Positions 12,875 to 26,163 are shown, counted from the first letter of the whole stretch. The stretch is 63,949 nt of DNA, filler included, from Reticulomyxa filosa (GCA_000512085.1; 17 parts of 17 records of this genome joined end to end with filler, not necessarily neighbours in it), one strand, 5' to 3'. Numbers and translations are program-made. The notes: generated from the sequence alone by a model not told the origin.

Positions 12875-14338
12875 ATATATATATATATATAATGGAAAAA
12901 GATACACATCGCCTGATGACAGACCAATAAGAGATCTCTCAAGTTGGGAGATGTCAGCATATGTCTTTGCATCGATATGAGCAACTCTCCAGTGTCGATC
13001 CCTTGCAGTTTCAACGAATGATTCGCAATGGCATTTCTCGGGACGTCGCTAATTTTCACATCAACGCTTGCCACCAAAAGGTTATGTTTATCCCTTGATT
13101 GTAAACCATGCAAACGCTGCCTTAATTCAAATCCATATTTTTCCCTTCCCCCTTTCTCTCTTTCTCTTTTTCTCATTAAAATGAATATATTACAGCGTAT
13201 ATGTGTATATGTATATAGATTAATACTGATTCAATGGATTGTGATAAAGTGCAATATTGATTGTTTGAGTTTTGGGTAATCCCTCGATGAGGTCAACATA
13301 AAAACCAAATATCTCACTCCATTTCGGATTTACTGTGTTCTCTCTCATCGAACTATTTTGAACTTTTTTTTTTTTTTTTTAATATTGTTATTATTTTACA
13401 TGTACAAACAAACAAACAAACAAACAAACAAACAAACATGCGCATGTCCATTCATTCATGCAAAGGATACATATAGTGAACGCACGCATTGTTGAGAGCA
13501 TGTGCAAAAGCTTGTTGGCAGACCTGATTTCCAAATGTAAGCACGCAATGACAGTTGTACGCTTGCTGTCCTTTCGCGTCCAAATTTCTCGCTTCGATGA
13601 CGCGCACGATCAGCACGTCTCCAAATTGTAGCCAATCTTCGGTAAACTGTCGACGGATTAACGGTTGGCTATACAATCGAGTCAACAGAAACGAATTTTT
13701 TTTTTTTTTTTTATGTGCAAGCCAATACAATTGTATATTAATAAAAAAAAAGGTACCAACTTTTTCAATTCAAGCTCTTCTCGCAAAAGGTGAATATTGG
13801 GCTTCGGGTCGTTTTCGCCCAATTCTTTCGTTAGCATTTGGATCGTGCAATCTTTATACACTCCGACTGATGCTTTACATATACATATTTGTTTATTATA
13901 TTTCGATCATTTTCTTTTGGTTTTTTCTTATTCGTGTACCCCTCCCTCTCCTTTCTCTTTACACTTGAATGCGCAATCCAAAAAAAATGAGCCTTTTTTC
14001 CTTCCCCCCCCCCCTTCTGCACTTGGCTTTGCAAAAAAAAAAAAAAAAATACTACCCAGCACAGCCTCTTCATCCGTCAAAAGTCGTCCTCCAAACAAGA
14101 CACGTGTAATTACAACGTTGGGATACATTATCACAATGCGACTTTTCAACTCTCTTAATTTTGTTCCGGTTGGCATTTCAATCTGTATTGCTCGATTCGT
14201 TTCGCCCATCAGTTTCACTTTCACTCCAACACTACGCACCATTGGTAAGCGTGTTTCTTGATCCAAAGGAGGTGCTTCATCAACTGACGGCTCTCGCTCC
14301 GTCTGTTGCACTTGAAGTGGTGCCAAGTTTTGTGACAT
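12875..14338 (-). CDS. Ubiquitin-like domain + C2 domain protein, 3' truncated
   Basis: UBL-like VKVKLMGET...TKLRELKSRI...RVLFGGRLLTDEEAVLG|SVGVYKDCTIQML, then C2-like LIVRVIEARNLDAK...CVLTFGNQ and ENTVNPKWSEIFGF. Several GT-AG introns. Confidence 0.7.
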
Positions 14339-14891
14339 TGAAAATGCCCGGTTATTCTTTTTTTGTGGCTGTCTTTTCCCCCTTTGAAATGTCCACACTA
14401 CAACGTTTCTCAACTGAACGTAGAATTTCTTGACACTACACCTACAATTTTGATCTGTAACACAAAATAAATGTTTGTAAAACACGCCATTTCTCCGGAA
14501 ATAATTGAACACTAGAAATAAATGTATGTACTATATAATGTTGTACGCACCACAACTTAAAATGTTCAAAGCAAACAATAACAAAGGTAAGCCCAGATCA
14601 ATTTCTTTTTCTACATTTTTTTTTTTTTAAGTGTTCATTGTTTAGCACAGCAAATGTATGGATATCGTCGGACATAAGCATTAACAGTTGATCCTTTGCG
14701 AAAAAAAGTTATCATTACCCCCGATAATCGTTATTTAAAAAAGAGTTTTTGTGATGATCAATAGCAACACACAGCCAATAAACTAACAAAACTCCGTAGA
14801 ATGAAATTAAGAAAATTCACACACCTTACCCTTTTCTAGTTGATATTCTCACTTAATTTGTACGTTAAACAAACAAAATCAAAAGGTAGTT

Positions 14892-17011
14892 TTACATCCC
14901 AACAGCCAGCAGTTGCTGGTTATTCCGAGTGGTTATATTCTTTTTGTCCTCACCACAAGGTGAGTTTAAAGTGTTGCCACTTTCTTTTTCTCTCTTTTCG
15001 CCGTGCTTCAATAAGGACTCAGATTCGTTTGCCAAGATTAAGTCTTGTGTTAGCATTTCTTCCACATCTCCGACTGTTATATTCAGTGTCGGAGCATCTG
15101 TATATATTTACGACACAACCACCACACACTACCATTTTCGCAGAAGCGAGCAAAAAAAAAAAAAAAAAAAAGCAACGTATTCCAATATACCTCCTCCTGT
15201 GGTGACATCTCCCTCATTGGTCAAAAAGTTGATATTCACACTGGAGGTATTGGTGCTGGAGTTGGTAAAGCTCCTTTCGATGACAATCTTTTCGAGTGCC
15301 GAGTTGTCGTTGGATTGGTTCAATTGTTGGAAATACTTCCAAGGCCGCTCTTTTAAGGACAAGTATGCCCATCCACCGTGAGCAGCGTCGGAGCTAGTCA
15401 AGCCGGAATGAGCACCGCCTGGACCCCCTTGGGCATAGCGATCCAACAGCCACGTGCCGTCGAACAGCTCTCGCTTTTTCCATTTCTGCTGATTGCCCTT
15501 TCGCTGTGTCACCACGCGGCACTTGTTGGCAGGGAATCGATACAAAAACATTCGTGGGTCCATAAACACCTTTGTGGAGCCGAACAATATGCAGACACTT
15601 TCCAATTGTCTTCGCAAGTCTTCGTGGCTGGGTTTTTGTTTTTTGGATTTGTTTTGATCATTTTCATTTGTGTTTTGCTTTTGTTTTTGATCTTGATTTT
15701 GATTTTGATTTTGATTTTGATTTTGATTGGAGTGTTGATGTGTGCTGTTGGTATCGTTTCTTACGCTATCAGCATTGGCACTCACCTCTCGACGCGAACG
15801 TCGTGTGTGTTTCTCTTTTGCCTTTTGTTCCGTTTCTGTTCCCTTTCGAGTTCCTTTTGTTCGTAGTAGCGACGCATCATTTCCAGCTGGAGCTCCTCTG
15901 GAGGCAATCGAATGATGCCACATGGCCAAGTACTACACAAATAAAAACAATTCGTTTTACTCGTAAATTGCAAAAAAAAAAAAAAAAAAAAACAAATTTA
16001 ACTAGTCCAAGTGTGTGTAAGGCACGACCAATAAAGGCTGGAAGTTGGTAGTGCTCATTAAGGCCAGCTTTTGTGTAAGACACAGATACAAGTAATGGCA
16101 ATCCTGGGAAAAGTCGACGTGGTGGATTTCGGTGCCGCTGATGGGCTGCACGTGACTAAAGTCCAAATAACGCAACCATCCGGTCATAATGTTTCCGACA
16201 AACAGGGCGTTGCTTCCGAAAGGAATCAGCACGTACTCGTCGGCAAAGTTGTACAATGACGCTGTTTCCGTGTGCTCGACTGTGTCCACCACGCTCAACA
16301 CTCGCTGCGCGATTTTGGGAGGGACCAGCACCGAGGAGGTCCACCTATACTCTTGCAAGTGCAAAAACTGATCACGGTCGTCCCCGTTTTCTGGACGCGG
16401 AATCAGTTCGCGTCGGTTGATTATCCGCAAGGTATGCATGTCGCAAACAATGAATTCGCCATCTCGACTGACCACCAATCTCTGTCGCTCCTCGTCACAT
16501 AACAGTCGGTATGTTGGAGTGTAATAAATGCCTATATACATATTTATGTATATGTATTTATTTATACATGTGTATGTATACGTAAACAAGACCACCACAG
16601 GGGGTCACAATTTTTTTTTTTTTTTTTTTTTACAACTTGTTTAGTTGTGAATACATTTCGTTAACCTTTCATCTGCTGCATCGTCGTGTTGGACAATTGT
16701 TCAAAGGAAAACATCGACGAGCATTGTCTCAGCTCGCCTTTCGCGAGGTCGTATTCGCAAATCATCACGTCCACATACTCCAATGGATCCCACAGCCAGG
16801 CCGGGATACTTCGACAAAACGCACCGCATCCTGAGGCATTGTTATTGTTGTTGTTGTTTGGATTGGACTGCGACTGGTCTGAAGGAGCTTGTCCTGCCAC
16901 CAGTGGAACCGCTTCACTGTCCAAGCCAAAGCTGTTCCGGAATGAGTTTGCTATGTGTTCTTTTTCACGGCGAATTAGCACGTACACATTCGAGATATTG
17001 CCTTCTGGTAC
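14892..17011 (-). CDS. Multi-exon hypothetical protein with beta-propeller-like segments, 5' truncated
   Basis: Coding blocks at about 16661-17010, 16002-16510, 15180-15935 and 14892-15096. Strand-turn patterns such as IHHVDFSQDCHYLYLC and LVVSRDGEFIVCDM; NQ repeat insert. Confidence 0.5.
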
Positions 17012-17247
17012 GGATACATCTATTTTTTTTTTTTTTTTTTTTATTTTTTTTTTAAAAAAAAAAAAANNNNNNNNNNNNNNNNNNNNNNNNNNNNNNNNNN
17101 NNNNNNNNNNTTAATTAATTAANNNNNNNNNNNNNNNNNNNNNNNNNNNNNNNNNNNNNNNNNNNNTTTTTTTTTTTTTTTTTTTTTTTTTGAAAAAAAA
17201 AAAAAAAATAAATAAATAAAAAAAAAAATGATAAAACAATATGAAAG

Positions 17248-17886
17248 TTGGCAAAAGATTTGGTGGTAGACGCCATAAACAATCGAAAGTCCAGAGACAA
17301 TGTATCCACGATTGTGCTGCAGCTGTCGGTTACACCTCCTGCACATGCTTCCAGTTATACACTGCAAAAGGGGGAATCGGCAGGCACCACAAGTGAAGTT
17401 CATGTGATTGAAGAGCCAACCATCGAAGACGTGAAAGAAGAGAAATTGGCGAAGGAGGTGACTCCTTTGTTGGACAATGACATGGATGGAGTGGAAGAGC
17501 ACTCAAACTCTAGCCACACCACGGCAGAAACAACACGCTTGTCCACACAAAACAACAACCCGTCGCATCGTAGTAGCAGTGATTCCATGGATATTGACAG
17601 CGACGATGATGAGGAAGATAAGCATGACAATGATAAGAAGGACGATAATAATAAAAAGAATGACAATAACAATAACAATGACGATACTTTCGATAATGGT
17701 AATGCTCAAATGCACAGCACTTTTGATGACGTTGTTGCTCCACGTGTGCCGCCCATTTCAATGGACATTGACATGAGTCCGGTCATTGCCACTTTGGTCG
17801 GCGATGCTGCAAGTACCAATACTTTGACCATGAATGGACACGCTACTACAAATCCTCAAACTTGTGTTGGTTTGCAAGCTACTTGA
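17248..17886 (+). CDS. PP2C/PPM phosphatase, last exon with acidic low-complexity tail
   Basis: LAKDLVVDAINNRKSRDNVSTIVLQL matches the terminal PPM motif (S.DN.T.IV). It directly follows an A-rich AG acceptor. Confidence 0.75.
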   Translation: MAKDLVVDAINNRKSRDNVSTIVLQLSVTPPAHASSYTLQKGESAGTTSEVHVIEEPTIEDVKEEKLAKEVTPLLDNDMDGVEEHSNSSHTTAETTRLSTQNNNPSHRSSSDSMDIDSDDDEEDKHDNDKKDDNNKKNDNNNNNDDTFDNGNAQMHSTFDDVVAPRVPPISMDIDMSPVIATLVGDAASTNTLTMNGHATTNPQTCVGLQAT

Positions 17887-18569
17887 CGGCAGTAAGTACG
17901 TAGAACCGCATCACCCTTCCATCTGTTCACAATACGCCAGTAATAATAACAACAAACTCTACATTTTTGTTTGGTTTTTTTTTTTCCTTTTTTTTTAAAT
18001 TATTATCCTTGTCAACACAAAGGTTTATTTAAGGCCACAGGTTTGCTTTGACTGTGTGGATTGATTCTTGATTTGCTTTTTTGTTCTTTTTTTTTATTAA
18101 TATCTTTGAACTTGTTTTTGTCTTATGCATTCAATCCTAGAATAACTCACATCCCAAAGCTAACTGTTGCTTCTTTTTGTGCGTGCTTTTTTTAAAAAAA
18201 ACAGTTGTGTTGTTGTTTTTTTTACCAGTGAAAAATTGCAATAAACTATCCTTTTGTTGTTGTGATGGTATTGCTTGATACAAGTCATGAGATGGGTTGT
18301 TCCGCGTTTTTTGAACAAAAAACTTTTGTTAATATGTGTTGCTCTTTTTTGTTTTTTTAAGTTGAATGGTCAGATAGGACCAAGTTTTCTTTGTGATCGT
18401 CATAAACTCTCTAAATAAACATTTTTAAAGAGCAAAAACTAGTACAGCAGGCTGAAAAAAAATGTTTCGGGCTTCTTTTTGTTTTAAAATATTTTTATGT
18501 TCATATAGTCCCCCCTTCTCTCAATCCTATACTTCTCGAATACTTTGTTAAAAACGAGTATCGGGTCAA

Positions 18570-21500
18570 ATGAGTAAAAAATGTGAGCATGCAGTTTTGC
18601 ATGGGAAGAGGCCTCCTATTTTGCAAGATCATTGTGTCAAAGGCAAGCTTGTGAACGTTCGTACTTTGAAAGAAGGCGACCAACTGTACGTAGCTTATAA
18701 TCACGACGATGACTCAAACTCTGACCATTCTTCTGGCAAGAGTAAAAATAAAACAAAAGGCAAAGAAAAGCAATCAGAGTTGCTTTGGTATTGGGGTATC
18801 TTATATCTCTTTATTTTTGTGTGTTTTTTTTTTGTTTCCGACTTTTCGCACAAGAATTTTATTTTTTTTTTTTGGAGAGGGAGTAGGGGGGTTTTGTTTA
18901 TTTATTTTTGTATGTGTTAAACAAAAGCTTTAGTATTTGTGAGTAAGAAGAAAATAAAATAATTGTTTTAAAAAAAAAATGCCGAAGGTGTGGTAACAAA
19001 AATTAATCCTCAAAAAAATGGGGAACAGTGGAGAATCTATCATGACGACGAGCATCCATGGGTAAACTTGGACCGCGATAGGGATTGGAAATTATTGAAA
19101 AAACAACATCCCTTGTTCGACAAGCAGATCGAATGGCGGAAATACAGACATCGTTTGAAAGAAGAGAGCGATGACGATTTTGGCACAAACTCCGAAAAAA
19201 CAGCAGTACATGTTAAAGACGAAGAGAAGAAAAAAAAAGATTGCAGTATACATCCATCGGACCGAATCAACCACAATGGCAAAAACGAAGGAGACTTGAC
19301 AAAGTTAAAGGATGGGGTCACTCGTAGCTGTCGTGGACGCATTCGTGGAGGAACAGGCACGACTTCGCGCTATCAGTACAAACAACAAGTGTCCGAAACT
19401 ACAACGACAACGACAACGACGACAACAACAACAACAACAAATTCTACTGCAATTACTTCGGCAGAATCAACGCCATCCAATCGAGGAGGAGGCCGTCGCC
19501 ACAAACACGTGACGTCATCACGTCGTCCCTCTTATAATTTGTCTTCTCATAGTCATGGCGGTGGTAATAACGATAATGATAATGACGATGATGAAGATGA
19601 TGAAGAGGAAGAGGACGACGAAAACGAAGATGAGGATGTTGATGATGATAACAATGATGACAACGACGATGTCTCGATCTCACCTGTGCCGCTTGACGAA
19701 CGTGTACAAAATGCAAATGACAAATCAAAGACGTATTCTTCTTCTTCGTTTAATAAACACAGAGATATTTCCTTGCAATGCGACCAAACAAAAGTAGAGG
19801 AAACAAAGTGGGACAGTGTTGATAAGCTTGACACGACAAAGTCAAACCCCAATTATGTCTTGTTTCAAAAAGCGGAGATGCAGCTGTTGTCCAATGAACA
19901 AGAAAAAGAAGAAGAAAAGAGCTGTGAGGCGAATTCAAAATCACATCTCTCGTCGTTGCTTCATGAAAAACAGCGCTCCTTTGCTTCTGATCATGTTGCT
20001 TGCTCACTTGTGTCAAATCAAAAAGATAGGAAAAAGCCGAAACATGTCATTGTATGTAAATTTTTTGTTTTTTTTTCGCTATCCACCCATCCTTTTGAGG
20101 TTTTTTTGCCCTTTTTCTTTGAAGTGAGTTGTTCATTTTATTTTGTGGCGCATGCACAAATATCATTAAGGTTCCTGGATCCACTGGATTAGTTAATATT
20201 GGGGACGAACAGTGGTCATGCACGATACTGCAAGGTCCCACTTTATACAGTGCCGTAAAGCTGAAGGGCAAAGTCAGTGCAGAGTCACTACACGACTACG
20301 AGTTTTGGGTCCGAAAACAAGACGTCAAAAAGTACATTTCTGATCAATCCCTCTTGGGCCAGCGTATTGGTATCGTTTTTGAATTGTGTGTCTATCCCTT
20401 CATCTCCCCCCCCTTAGTCTTCCTCCCTTCGCCTCTCCATGCGACGATGGAGAGAAAACAAAAAAAAAAATATGTATCATTTTTGTGTTTGTGGCAAGGC
20501 GTGTGGGTGTGTGGAAACACTAAGAATATATATTGCGCGGACGGTCCCGTCGATTTCGAGTGTGTGAAGAGTATCACAATGAAGAAGCAGTCGTCACCAG
20601 TCCAACGACAGAATGTTCACAAAATGTGAAACAAAACGATACAATGCCTAGCAATGCATCGGTCAACGAGATGGCAAGGAAAAATTGGGAGGAGAAAAGC
20701 ATCGCTGATGAAAAAGGAGAAACTTTAAAGACAAAATCCGAAGATAATGCAAACAATGACAACAGTGCCGAGATAATGACATCTGATCAAAAGAACGAGA
20801 AATCGTACTTTGATGAAAAGGACAAGTTAGAATTTGTGTTGTGCAGATGGGATTCGAATAACCAAATTGCTTCAAACTGGGTTCACGTTTCGCATTTTCA
20901 ACACAAACAAATTGAAACGCCACCTTCGGAAAGCGCTTCCATGGCTTATTCGGTTGAACCTACTGGCACAGGTATTGTGTTGAGAGATTTTAAACAGAAC
21001 AAACAAAACAAGATGACAATTGAATAACCTTTGACATTCAAATGTGTGTATGTATGGCAAATAACGTATACAGAAACACCGTCTCCGACATTGGTATCAG
21101 TGCACGATAGAAACAAAACGATTAGAAGTAGTGGTAATAGCAGCAGTGACAACAGCAACACTGACAGTACTAGCAATAGCATCGTAGATCGACCCAAACA
21201 CGATCGTGTGACTTTTTCTGTTAGAAACACACCAGGATTACCCACTAGTGTGATGGTCAACCACAGTGTTGGGCCGATTCAACCCAACCCGCACACATCG
21301 ACCCAAAAAGAAGGCTCTGAGCTAAAGGAACCAGAACTGCAAACGAATACTTTGCAATCCAGCCACCTTTTATTAGCAACTAGGCCACAAATGACACTAC
21401 CAGTGCTGGTGGAGACGTACTTCTAGATCGCAATAGTAATCAAGCATTCACTGCTTCTCGATGTGATACTAGTGATAACAATAATAATAACAATAACACT

Positions 21501-22033
21501 AGCAATAGCAATGTCAGTATCAATAATAATAATAGTAGCAATAACATTAATAGTAATAGTAAAACAAAACACAAGAAAAATGACCAAGAAGAAAAAGATA
21601 CAAAGTCGGAGCGCACCAAAAGCAAAAAGCGACCATTGGACCTTAGAATTGAAGATTTTGCCAGCCGTGCCCATTCACAAATTGCATTGTCTTCAGCGGT
21701 GGAAATAAGTAATGTCCCAGCGCTTGTGGTGCCACCCCCATCCAAGAAAGCGCGCCTGCTGTCCAGTAGTGGAGAAGCAAACCTTGCCAATGACAATATG
21801 GAAAGCAGTAATGTACCGGTTATTACAAGTGTTGCTGCAGCTCTTAATAATTCCGCTGTCAATGGGTCGATACAAGGCACGACAAACATAGGGACAAATA
21901 CAGCTAACTCTTCCATCAAACTACAGTTAATTACTTTACAATCAAACAATGCACGAGTGCGTTTGCGCAATACTTACAAAATAACAAAAACAATTGCAAC
22001 AGCAACAGCAACAGCAATAGCAATAGCAATAGC
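18570..22033 (+). CDS. Multi-exon low-complexity protein with possible Tudor-like module, 3' truncated
   Basis: Spliced LWYWG|VVTKINPQKNGEQWRIYHDDEHPWVNL resembles a Tudor/SH3-like barrel. Long T, D/E and N/S tracts. Introns at about 18796-18987, 20053-20170 and 20370-20497. Confidence 0.5.
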
Positions 22034-22170
22034 NNNNNNNNNNNNNNNNNNNNNNNNNNNNNNNNNNNNNNNNNNNNTTAATTAATTAANNNNNNNNNNN
22101 NNNNNNNNNNNNNNNNNNNNNNNNNNNNNNNNNTTTTTTTTTGTTAAAAATAAAAATGAAAAATAAAAAG

Positions 22171-22735
22171 AGTATAGCTATGGCTGGTTAGCTAATGAAT
22201 CTGGTGTTCATCGTCGATGTCGGGTTAGCCCGTATGGAAATGCTTCGGGACAAGTCCACACAGTCTTTGCAAGTGTTGTAGTGTCCCCATATTTGGAGGC
22301 AAAAAGTGATGGCTATATTGAAATTAATGAAAAAGATCTTGTGATTGAAGCCTTTCGAGCACCTGGTCCGGGAGGACAACATCGCAACACTACTGATACT
22401 GCAATCCGAATGAAACATCTTCCGACAGGTCTCATTATTGTTAGCAAAGAAGATCGCAATCAAGTTGCAAATAGGGCTGCTGCATATGAAATGCTCGGTT
22501 TAAGCTACAGCAACTAGAAGAAAATAAAGAAAAAAAAAGAAAACAAGACCAATATGATGCCTACGATGATCTTTCCTTTGGTAGTGACTGTGTGAGAAGT
22601 TATAAAACTCATGGAAGCGTTCAATTGATTAAAGATGCAAGAACTGGTTGTGAGGTCAGAAATACAAGGAGTGTTTTTGAAGGAGATATTGAACCATTTC
22701 TTATTGCTGCTCTAGAAAAACCGAAAATCATTTGA
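22171..22735 (+). CDS. Class-I peptide release factor, RF2-type (probably mitochondrial), last exon; one apparent 1-nt deletion near 22496
   Basis: EYSYGWLANESGVHRRCRVSPYG (SPF-equivalent), FRAPGPGGQHRNTTDTAIRMKHLPTG (GGQ). After a frameshift: FKLQQLE...FGSDCVRSY...IKDARTG...VFEGDIEPFL, the RF2-type C-terminus. Preceded by an intron tail, so nuclear encoded. Confidence 0.88.
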
Positions 22736-24614
22736 TTTTTTTTTTGAGTTGATGAATTGTTTTTTCATTTTAATCTATCTTCTACATTTGCTTTAAACTG
22801 CCTCTGTTAAAACTTATGCTACAAGGAAAAAGCTTGTTCCAAAAATATTTTCTTTGGGTCCAGTTATAGTTTCCTAACTTACCCAATGATTTTTTATTGT
22901 TTGTTGGAATTTATACTGACAGCAATTTTTTTAAAATGAAAAAAAGGCTTGGAGGATGGCCTAGCAAAAAATAGCAAGGGATTGGGCATGAGTGAAGGAA
23001 AACACGAATTTGAGGTCTCTTCATTCTCAACACCCGACAGACAAAACGAAGATTGCTAATGACAAAAATAGAAAAGAGACGATAGACACATTAAAATTGA
23101 TAATCGTCCAAAAATGACGACAGCTGGAATTATATTCATCAAGTCATGTTGTACCTTCTGGGACAACTTTGCAGAATAGTGATAATGTGATTGAAAACAT
23201 TTTGCAATGCTCATTATATTCTTTACAAAACTTTTCTATGATCAATGACTGCCATTGCGTCTTATTTCAAAAATGTTTCAAGTTTATATCTTATGGACAC
23301 TTTTTTGTCATATAATACGTTTTTGCCTTGTCATAGAAAAAAGAAAATTTGTTTCAAATCTTTTTCTTGCAATTTTACAATCGACATTAAAGAATGAAAT
23401 AAAAAAGTTCCTAAAAATGATGAAATTCGAATTTTTTTTTAGTTAATAAACGAAGACAAGCGTTGTACAACTTAATTTGTCTGGTTGACAGGTCAAAGGT
23501 TTCCGTTGACCCAAATGTCAGTATGATATCCACTCAAAATCCAAAGCTTCCAATGAACAAAATGGAAAGATCAAAAACAGGATCCAGCACACTCCACACA
23601 ATGGCAGAAAAATACACCCACAAACCCCCACAAAACATTCTGACTACATCAACAATGACATTTGCCGTAAAAAGTAAAGCAACAATCAAGCAATTATCAA
23701 CGGAGGGGGGGGAGAGGGCAACCCATAAAAAGAAACACAACATGCCAACAAATAAACAACGAGACCAATTTTCTTAAAAATTTTGTTTCGTCAGTTGCCC
23801 ATGCATGAGCAAGATGACGTGCAACATTTGTTCTGGACTCCGCATTTCACATGAGCACAAAACAACAAAACAAAGCGAAACAAAAAAAGATAACACATGA
23901 ACAAACAAAAACAAAACAATAAAAATTTTCTCAGCAAAACAATACTTTGCCTTTTGTCGTAGAAAAATCCAGTCAAACAAATTTATGATAATTGTAATGA
24001 GACACGAGTTGATTTTCGTATTCAATGTGTTTTTTTTTTTTGGTTCTCTCAGGTATTTATTTTGTTTCCCCTCCAAGTTATCCTCTCTTCTCCCTCCTCG
24101 TTTTGTTGTTGTGTTGTTTTTTTTNNNNNNNNNNNNNNNNNNNNNNNNNNNNNNNNNNNNNNNNNNNNTTAATTAATTAANNNNNNNNNNNNNNNNNNNN
24201 NNNNNNNNNNNNNNNNNNNNNNNNTATAAAAGCTTGGTCGAAATTCTCCATAAAAGATAGGTATAGACACACTAGGATATCCACACTCTCTGCCATAAAA
24301 CTGATTGTCATAAACCCTTAACTTGACGCGTATGCTCTTCATAACCGCCCGCTTTTACCAACATAATTATTATAATTGTAATATATTTGAAATATTTGGT
24401 TAATAATAACAAAATATTGTTGCATTATAAGTTAAATTTAGAATTTAGTCAATAAAAGCAATATAGTTGTTGAGTAACTGATTATGCAAAACATCAAGTA
24501 ATTGCTCAGGAAATTCGCTATTAAAAACAATTTTAGCTTTAAAGATCTAAATATATTATTTTGCTTATTGATCTAGGCTTATGAATAAAATATTCTGATT
24601 AGAGTTATAGATGA

Positions 24615-25373
24615 TTACTCAAGCAAGAATCCAACTTTACAAGTGATTGAACTGTTAGCAATATTATAATTACCAGTAGTTTGGTCGATACAAGCGGTAA
24701 CTCCAGCATCTGCTCCATTTATAGAGCGAACTTTACCAGTAATTCCACCAATAAATTCATCGCTAGAATTGATGTAAGCATCATCGACTTTCTGATCTAA
24801 CTGATAACTAAACTCAGGGGTTACTGCGCTATTTAATAATGTTGCGCCACTCGAAGCTGAAGCAAGAAAAACTACATTCGAAGTAACTTTAAACGGGGTA
24901 GCATCATGACCTCCAATCATTATAAAGCCAGCAGCGGTTATATTGCTACCTGGAGCGTTGATTCCTACTAAGGTTTCGACACCTGTAACTTTAAGGATAT
25001 TAGCATCGATCATATGGGCAAGCTGCAAATGCTTCCAAGCTTTATTTACTTCATTAGAGGTAGCAAGTGTTGAATAATCAATTATTCCATTTGTATTCCC
25101 ATTACAAAGTGTTGCTGTCGCTGCACAATCAGTATTGAAATAGGAAAATACCAAGGAGAAATCTCCTGGAACTTCTCTAAATCTAGTTTTAAAATTATTG
25201 TAAGCGGTTTCATGATTTTGGAAATCAGAAATTGTAGTTCTAAGTTGAGCTTGATTTATCAGGCTTATACCAACAATAATACCGATGACTAATATGGTGA
25301 TAATAAGAATTACCACTGCCAACTCAACTAAAGTGAAACCAGAATTCGATTGAGATTCTCTCATTTTATACAT
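24615..25373 (-). CDS. Bacterial prepilin-type N-terminal cleavage/methylation protein (type IV pilin / T2SS pseudopilin-like)
   Basis: Class III signal G|FTLVELAVVILIITILVIGII, then AYNNFKTRFREVPGD, CNGNTNGII and YQLDQKVDD. Intronless; purine-rich GGGGTAAGG upstream of the ATG. Confidence 0.9.
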   Translation of the reverse strand: MYKMRESQSNSGFTLVELAVVILIITILVIGIIVGISLINQAQLRTTISDFQNHETAYNNFKTRFREVPGDFSLVFSYFNTDCAATATLCNGNTNGIIDYSTLATSNEVNKAWKHLQLAHMIDANILKVTGVETLVGINAPGSNITAAGFIMIGGHDATPFKVTSNVVFLASASSGATLLNSAVTPEFSYQLDQKVDDAYINSSDEFIGGITGKVRSINGADAGVTACIDQTTGNYNIANSSITCKVGFLLE

Positions 25374-25551
25374 TTTACCTTACCCCAAAATACCCTTCAA
25401 GATTTAAACCCTTATATAAATAGTATAATATATAATGATTTCATAAATAAATTAATCATTGTTAAACACTGCTTAATAAGTACAAGTATTTTTTAGAGTG
25501 TGATCTGGTTGTTAATCATAAATTAATATATTGTGTGCTACGATTAAAATA

Positions 25552-25972
25552 TACTTGCTAGGTATAGCTGCGGGAACCAATATGATTAAACAAGCAGAAT
25601 TGAGATCGGTAATTTCAGATTTTCAAAGTCATGCAACTGCCTATAACAACTTTTTTGGTCGCTATAATAAAATTCCAGGAGATATGGACGTAGCATCTAC
25701 ATATTGGGGTAGTGGACAATGCGCAACTCCAGATGCTTTATGTAATGGTAATAATAACGGTATAGTAGATTATGTAAATGCAAGCACTACCAGTGAAGTT
25801 AATAAAGCTTGGAAACATTTAGAACAAGCAAAAATGATACATGCAGGAGTGGTACAGCTTATTAACGCCAACGTTACAGCAACTCAAATTGGAACCAATG
25901 TTCCAACTTCTAAGGTTGCAGCGGGGGATATGTAATGATTGGAGGAACTAATGCTACTCCATTCCAGAATTT
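25552..25972 (+). pseudogene. Degraded paralogue of the adjacent pilin-like gene
   Basis: Aligns with 24615-25373 (QAELRSVISDFQSHATAYNNF, LCNGNNNGIVDY, SEVNKAWKHL). It lacks the GFTLVEL leader, shifts frame in the G-run near 25923-25928 (continuing YVMIGGTNATPF), and is cut off by the IS end. Confidence 0.8.
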
Positions 25973-26163
25973 GGGATTGCTACCTTAAAGATACATCAGC
26001 AAGTCTTCTTCAAATAAGAAGACTATGGCTAATTCAACCATAGCTGGAGATTTTGAATAGCATCTTGACCAGCGCCTAAATCTAGCTAGATAATGCCTGA
26101 CGTTGCAATTTATACTCTCAACTGTATATGTTCCACTCTTACTTTGCTTTAACTTTCCTGCTG
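25973..26163 (-). mobile_element. IS1-family insertion sequence, transposase C-terminus and probable terminal inverted repeat
   Basis: 26161-25985 translates AGKLKQSKSGTYTVESINCNVRHYLARFRRWSRCYSKSPAMVELAI..., typical of IS1/InsB C-termini. The GGGATTGCTACC end resembles IS1 IRs and coincides with the end of pilin homology. Confidence 0.8.

Noticed and set aside
22490-22517. RF2 autoregulatory +1 frameshift
   Set aside because: The bacterial site is CUU-UGA near the N-terminus; this break is C-terminal and lacks that context.
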